A DNA stretch of 64,000 nucleotides from NCBI GenBank assembly GCA_964016885.1, contig OZ024748.1, positions 42,532,001 to 42,596,000 of the forward strand, read 5' to 3'. Below the pieces are notes generated by a model. That model ran no database searches. It was not told the origin of the DNA and was given only the letters and a program-made list of their open reading frames with translations. Position numbers and translations under genes: made by a program. Source of the DNA: Eledone cirrhosa. Taxonomy: Eukaryota. Below, one piece after another: positions 59,831 to 64,000 of the stretch. Each line of letters starts with the position of its first letter. The stretch's first letter is position 1.

Positions 59831-60558
59831 AAGAAGAAGAAGAAGAAGAAGAAGAAGAAGAAGAAGAAGAAGAAATAACCAAGACATCAGTGCCACAATC
59901 AAATTCCGAGAGTGATGTTTTAGTCAGAGATCTGACCTAGAGCCCTTCACCTCCCTCCCCCCGTTCTTCTGTAACCCCAGAGTCCATCGCCCTCCCCCTC
60001 CCTCCCCCATTCTTCTGTGACCCCAGAGCCCTTCGCTTCTCTTCATTTTCCGGTTTTTAAATATCTGTAGTGTTGTTATTATTTGAAATAGATTAGTTAC
60101 GGGCCTTTACGATCTGAGTTCAAATCCCGCCGAGGTTAACTTTGCCTTTCATCCTTACGAGGTCGATAAAATAAAGTACCAGTAATGCACTGGGATAAAT
60201 TCTGGCCTTGTGCCAAAAGTAGAAACAATTATTTGAAATAGATTGAGATAGAGGGCGGTGAGTTGGCAGTATCGTTAGAGGGTCGGACTCTATGTTTAGT
60301 AGTATAGAGTTACTGCCCTTTATCGTCTGAGTTCAAATCCCTCCGAGGTTAACTTTGCCTTTCATCCTTTCAGGGTCGATAAATTAAAGTACCAGTAATG
60401 CACTGGAGTAATTGCTGGCCTTGTGCCAAAAGTAGAAACAATTATTTGAAATAGATTTGTTTACGATTTTTTTTTAATTAATAAAATATCTTTCGCTGAT
60501 TTAATATGGAAGTTTGAAGAACTTGTCTTACCGTTTGAAGAAAGGTAGTTTTCTGTTC
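41229..60558 (-). CDS. SLC39A: LIV-1 subfamily ZIP zinc/metal transporter gene, 11 coding exons, 5'-incomplete (about 407 aa visible)
   Basis: Hand-spliced GT-AG exons 60532-60558, 59601-59704, 58952-59132, 57194-57363, 54706-54793, 48232-48281, 48106-48144, 46873-46966, 45824-45976, 45142-45329 and 41229-41357 join in consistent phase (1223 nt) without internal stops. The protein contains CPALVQQ (PAL motif), [17 protein letters not shown], a His-rich loop, [10 protein letters not shown] and [10 protein letters not shown]. The paralog number cannot be assigned by eye. Confidence 0.95.
42140..43310 (+). mobile_element. 5'-truncated R4/Dong-type non-LTR retrotransposon, copy A (restriction-like endonuclease)
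   Basis: [19 protein letters not shown] finger [29 protein letters not shown]...IVDVACP...EKINRY; open frame to 43232; preceded by (AAT)n. Confidence 0.92.
43311..44884 (+). mobile_element. 5'-truncated R4/Dong-type element, copy B, with stop codons
   Basis: [13 protein letters not shown] motif, YKYLGV, same CCHC/endonuclease as copy A; TGA stops near 43545, 43899 and 44424; followed by (AAT)n. Confidence 0.92.
44911..45098 (-). mobile_element. SINE family A copy
   Basis: Reverse complement of the family consensus. Confidence 0.85.
45142..45329 (-). CDS. SLC39A: ZIP transporter exon, TM5-TM7
   Basis: [30 protein letters not shown]...[18 protein letters not shown]; tttcag acceptor, gtaagt donor, phase 1-0. 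Confidence 0.96.
45438..45765 (+). mobile_element. tRNA-derived CORE-type SINE (family B), near full length
   Basis: A-box TGGCTTTGTGGTTAG, B-box GAGTTCAATTTCC, CORE-like GTGTCCTTGAGCAAGACACTT; partial copies at about 31105-31342 and 55245-55400. Confidence 0.8.
45824..45976 (-). CDS. SLC39A: ZIP transporter exon, TM4-TM5 metal site
   Basis: [22 protein letters not shown]...[15 protein letters not shown]; tttcag acceptor, gtaggt donor, phase 1-1. Absent from the ORF track. Confidence 0.96.
46237..46765. mobile_element. hAT (Charlie-type) MITE with 8-bp TSD and internal 21-bp minisatellite
   Basis: TCCTAGGT at 46229-46236 and 46766-46773; CAG...CTG imperfect TIRs; ACCACTGACCACTGGTTRRCA repeats at about 46391-46765. 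Confidence 0.75.
46873..46966 (-). CDS. SLC39A: ZIP transporter exon, variable cytosolic loop
   Basis: atctag acceptor, gtaaga donor, phase 0-1; open frame [31 protein letters not shown] provides the required phase bridge. Confidence 0.78.
47235..47726 (-). mobile_element. Tx1-like LINE 3' fragment
   Basis: Reverse complement of 52452-52943 with about 3 mismatches seen; 5' junction in (ATCT)n. Confidence 0.92.
47890..48025 (-). mobile_element. Diverged SINE family A copy
   Basis: Core GGATGAAAGGCAAAGTTGAC...GGATTTGAACTC. Confidence 0.7.
48106..48144 (-). CDS. SLC39A: ZIP transporter 39-nt exon, His-rich cytosolic loop ([13 protein letters not shown])
   Basis: tttcag acceptor, gtaagt donor, phase 0-0; HxHxH motif. 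Confidence 0.82.
48232..48281 (-). CDS. SLC39A: ZIP transporter exon, end of TM3 ([17 protein letters not shown])
   Basis: ttgtag acceptor, gttagt donor, phase 1-0; matches the GxYxFFxxE pattern of TM3. Confidence 0.88.
48421..49035 (+). mobile_element. Tx1-like LINE 3' fragment
   Basis: Encodes the same C-terminus ([23 protein letters not shown]...) followed by a 3' UTR with AATAAA. Confidence 0.9.
49051..52943 (+). mobile_element. Tx1-like (L1 clade) LINE: ORF1 tail plus full-length but disrupted ORF2 (APE endonuclease-RT-CCHC)
   Basis: [37 protein letters not shown]; [41 protein letters not shown]; frameshift in the G-run near 50590, stop at 51294, deletion near 52160. Confidence 0.93.
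53244..53306 (+). ncRNA. Type I hammerhead ribozyme motif (orphan pLTR in ZIP intron)
   Basis: Stem I TATTTTAT/ATAAAATA, CTGAGGA, stem II AAGcGTACCAA/TTGGTACcCTT, GAAA, palindromic stem III ATATATAT, site AUA (after 53298). Confidence 0.82.
54260..54660 (-). mobile_element. RTE-like LINE 3' end with (GAA)n tail
   Basis: HVVRMSQER...[19 protein letters not shown]; trinucleotide tail. Confidence 0.7.
54706..54793 (-). CDS. SLC39A: ZIP transporter exon ([11 protein letters not shown]...LWFCLATFG)
   Basis: tttcag acceptor, gtaagc donor, phase 0-1; His loop before TM3. Confidence 0.92.
54846..55035 (+). mobile_element. SINE family A copy with target-site duplication
   Basis: Family consensus; ATTATATCTAATCTAAGGCC is present on both sides. 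Confidence 0.88.
55340..56572. repeat. Local tandem duplication containing a 17/18-bp minisatellite
   Basis: GTAAACATTTCACTGTA units; the flanks (SINE piece and GAACAAATAAATAAAACATGTCC...CACATCA) occur twice, at about 55340-56049 and 56050-56572. Confidence 0.9.
57000..57150. repeat. 29-bp minisatellite
   Basis: TACACAGGATAACACACTAACGACATGAT, about 4 copies. Confidence 0.85.
57194..57363 (-). CDS. SLC39A: ZIP transporter exon, TM1-TM2
   Basis: [22 protein letters not shown]...[18 protein letters not shown]; ttctag acceptor, gtaaga donor, phase 1-0. Confidence 0.95.
57450..57790 (+). mobile_element. Decayed non-LTR RT fragment (R4-like)
   Basis: NWKTPG..., [22 protein letters not shown] (RT domains 0-1). 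Confidence 0.55.
57890..58498 (-). mobile_element. RTE-type LINE 3' fragment
   Basis: [49 protein letters not shown]; (TA)n on both sides. Confidence 0.85.
58952..59132 (-). CDS. SLC39A: ZIP transporter exon with the PAL motif
   Basis: [14 protein letters not shown]...[18 protein letters not shown]; ttgtag acceptor, gtgagt donor, phase 0-1. Confidence 0.92.
59601..59704 (-). CDS. SLC39A: ZIP transporter exon ([35 protein letters not shown])
   Basis: tggtag acceptor, gtgagt donor, phase 1-0, His-containing ectodomain segment. Confidence 0.8.
60095..60445 (+). mobile_element. Two tandem SINE family A copies
   Basis: Family core twice; ATTATTTGAAATAGATT is repeated at the junctions. Confidence 0.85.
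60532..60558 (-). CDS. SLC39A: ZIP transporter 27-nt micro-exon (GTENYLSSN)
   Basis: Minus strand ...ttaatttag|GAACAGAAAACTACCTTTCTTCAAACG|gtaaga. Phase 1-1; joins the next exon to give [20 protein letters not shown], which resembles the LIV-1 ectodomain pattern G.N..LS...F..L...LGL. Confidence 0.65.
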
Positions 60559-60701
60559 CTAAATTAATAAAGATAAAGTCGATAAAATCCTTTCTTTTTG
60601 GTAACAAACGGCAGTTATCTTGAAAACTTGATTCTAGAAGAAAACAAAAAAAACAAGGTTCAAATACTGAGTCGAGTTCAAAAATCACAGCCAAAGATCT
60701 T

Positions 60702-61012
60702 TAGCCCTTTAGCATTTTAACTGGCCATATCCGGCCAGAATTCTCTCACCTCTTTCTGTTCAAACCGGTAGCAACTGGCTGTTCATACTGATATTAAGGT
60801 ATTGTTCTCAAAATAAATTACATCAAAATCTCGTAGATTCGATATTATGTGAGATAAAGCCATTACCATGAAAATATAATAATATATATAGAGTAATGTA
60901 AATGTTATGTGAGGTAAAGCCTTTACTGTGAAAATACAATAGTATATAGAGAGTAATGTAAATGTTATGTGGGATATTATGTGAGGTAAAGCCTTTAGCA
61001 TGAAAATATAAT
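60702..61012. mobile_element. Second copy of the TTAA MITE (inverted, one end missing)
   Basis: Reverse-complement match to 1236-1501. Confidence 0.6.
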
Positions 61013-61132
61013 AGTACTAGCTGGCCCGTCCGGCTGGCGTCCGGCTGGCGTCCGGCTAGGTATACCTGCCCCCACCACTCCACTGCAAAGATACCACACA
61101 CCCTCCTGTGTCACATTGTCCTTCCGACTCTC

Positions 61133-61218
<86 letters not shown>

Positions 61219-61284
61219 AACTAACACTTTAATTGTATCTCTCTGTGTCTGACGGCATATCTATCTATTTTCCCCTCCCTCTAA

Positions 61285-63990
61285 GACGTAGCCAGAGTGT
61301 TAGCGGCGAGAACGGCGTTGAGCCAGTTCTTTGACGCGAAGCACGAAGGCTGCGTTGTCCGAAGTAAAATACGTGCTTTAGGAAACGAGGGGACCAAAGC
61401 TGTTAGCTGGGCCCGCGTGACAGAAGCCAAGAGTGGGATTAAATCCACCATTCGGTCTTTGCGAGACCAGGATGGACGGGTGATCCTTGAACCTGAGCGG
61501 ATGTGCGAGGCCTTTCAAAGGCACTTTGCTCGACTGTTCGGAGGGGGCGGGGGGCCGGGCGGGGATGTGGACTTCGGTCCATACCTCGACGGTCTACCGC
61601 GTCTTTCGAGCGGCGAAGCGGAGTGCTGCGAAAGGCCAATCACAGCCACTGAAATCGGGGAAGCGCTCAGCCAATGCAGCAGACGCAAATCTCTGGGTCT
61701 CGATGATCTACCATACGAACTTTATTTAGCTATGCCGGTCTTGTTCTCCGAACTCCTCGAGGCTGTCTATTGCAACTGGCAACAGAACGGGAGAATTCCC
61801 TGTTCTGTGACCAAGGGCGTGGTCACGCTAGTGAGGAAGGACGAGAGCAAGGGGGACGACTTAAGTAACTTTAGGCCCATAACTCTGCTGAATGCAGAGT
61901 TACAGATTTTGGCCAAGGTGTTGGCGAAGAGGTTGGCGCTTGTGGTGGGTGGTTTGGTGGGAGACGCGCAGACATGCGCTATCCCGTCCAGGTCCATTCA
62001 CGACAACCTCCACCTCATGCGATACATCATAGAGAGGGTTGGCAACGAACCCGGCTTTGGTGGGGCCCTGATCAACTTGGATCAATCTAAGGCGTTCGAT
62101 AGGGTCGACCATGGTTTCCTGGATGCGGTGCTAGCGGCGGCGGGCTTCGGACCCGTTTTCAGGGGCTGGATTTCTGCCATGCACAGTGGCAACATCTACT
62201 CTAGGATTAAAGTAAACGGCTACCTCTCGGAGCCGTTTCAAATCACCCGGTCCATCAGGCAGGGGTGCCCCCTCTCCTCCCTTCTGTACGTATTGACTCT
62301 CGAGCCACTGCTGCGGAAGTTGGAGTTGCTGCGGGGCATACCCCTGGAACCGGGATTGCACAAAGCGGTCTCGGCCTATGCCGACGACGTAACAGTAATG
62401 GTGGCGGACGCCTCGGAAATCGGGGCGATCGCCACCCTACTGGGGGAATACGAAAGGCTGACGGGGGCTAGGCTGAACCAGGACAAGTCAGTCGGTTTGC
62501 AACTCGGAACGTGGAGGGGCAAACCGATGCCGTTAGACGGTGTCGTCGGGCGGTGGACGGAGGGCCCGGTGAAGCTGCTCGCGGTCTGGTTCGGACCGGA
62601 CCTCCAGGTGGAGAAGAATTGGGGCGAGGTGACGAGCAGGGTGTTTGCGCTGACCCAGAAGTGGGCCAAGTGCAAACTATCACTGAAAGGTCGGGCGGAG
62701 GTGACGAACGCTTACATAGCGTCCGTCATCTACTACCGCCTGACCGTCGTGCCTTGCCCCAAGGAAAAGCTCACCATCATGGAACGCATGCTCTTCCAGT
62801 TCCTCTGGAAGAAGCGGCCTCCCATGGTGAGGAGATCCATCTGCTGCCAGCACCCTTCGAAAGGAGGGCTGGGTATGCCGTGGCTGTTGATGCGTAGGCA
62901 CGCATTGAGGCTACGGCATCTACAGGTATTCCTCAACGGTCAGCCGGTGTGGGCCCCGTTTGTGAGGCGAGCCTTCCCACAGCTCGTCTCGCTCACCGAA
63001 CTGCAATCCTGGATGAAGCAAAGACCGAGAAAACTGGGCAACTGGCACACCGAGTGTGCCCAGGCGCTCACGGCTATCTGGCAAGCGGACCCGACTATCA
63101 GTGGAGAATCCACCTCGACATTCTATAGAGGGTTGGTGGCTAGCAAGGGCGACGACACCCTTGGAGAGTCGCTAGGCATGGAGGAGGACGAACTGGCCAG
63201 CCTGTTCGGTAGAACTTTCGGCCCGGGACCCATGGACAACTTCCAGAGGTCCCTAGCCTGGCAGTGTTACCGGGGGGCTCTGCCCGTTCGAGAAAAGCTC
63301 TACAGACACGGGCGCCCGGGCAGGGATTCCGCGAAAAAGATCTGTCCCGGATGCGTGCGCGACGAGGAAACCGTTGCGCATGCACTGGTACACTGCCCGG
63401 GCGTTGCCGATCTGTGGGGCTACGTCGAACGACTGCTGTCGCGTGTGGCGCCGATTCGATTAACCGCCGAGTCTGTGGTGAACATCAAGCCGCCTCCTCC
63501 CTTCAGAAATGAAGCAGAGGCGGTTTTTCTGTGCGTAATAGCCATGATGAAAGAGGTTGTGTGGTGGACGCGCCTGAAAGGTCTGAGGTCGGGTGACTTT
63601 CTCTCCGGCCATCACCTGGTTTACTTCTTCCGATACCACTTCGGAAGAAGGATCAGGATGGAGAGAGAAGTGCTTGGCCCCAGACAGTTTTATGAAAGGT
63701 GGGTGAAAGAAGCGAGTATGGCCCGTGTAAATGGGCCTTCTCTCTACATTGTTCTGTAGGTGAAGAAGTGAAGAGGAAAGGGGGAGCGCCTCCTCTCTGG
63801 GCTTCCCCCGCGAAAAGAGTTGCACACTTTTCGGGGGTATGTGCAATCCCCAACACGCCCCCTCCCCTTTGAGGACTTTTTATTGTTATATTATTATTGT
63901 TATTCCTTTTTTCTTTACTCGATTTATGTAAACTCCCCCACTGTGTAAATGTCCCCTTCTTTTGTGCCCTCGTGGCAAATAAATAGAAAT
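61285..63990 (+). mobile_element. 5'-truncated Tx1-like LINE with uninterrupted 820-codon RT-CCHC frame
   Basis: [38 protein letters not shown]...ETVAHALVHC, stop at 63759, 3' UTR with AATAAA near 63978. Confidence 0.95.
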
Positions 63991-64000
63991 TTATCTATTT

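Overview
This is eukaryotic, repeat-saturated animal genomic DNA. The SINE families and microsatellite landscape suggest an octopod cephalopod (inference). One host gene can be reconstructed by hand: a minus-strand LIV-1 subfamily ZIP metal transporter (SLC39A). It has 11 phase-consistent coding exons between 41229 and 60558, including a 27-nt micro-exon, and carries the CPALVQQ and HEIPHELGD motifs; its 5' end is outside the window. The rest is mostly mobile DNA and tandem repeats: four decayed Penelope-like (RT + GIY-YIG) elements, Tx1-like LINEs, two tandem R4/Dong-type LINEs in a (TAA)n tract, RTE fragments, two tRNA-derived SINE families, MITEs, a possible solo LTR, a 7.5-kb 60-bp satellite, long microsatellites and a 200-N gap. 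The most notable signal not visible in the ORF track is a set of type I hammerhead-ribozyme motifs (CUGANGA...GAAA...UH) in Penelope pseudo-LTR-like segments. Three of them show covarying stem II pairs and a conserved mismatch position. Also notable are a near-identical inverted LINE pair that brackets two ZIP exons, an E2F/CHR-like promoter island followed by triplicated exon-like cassettes, and an orphan histone-type stem-loop. No database searches or folding computations were run. Family names come from motif recognition, and many repeat boundaries are approximate.
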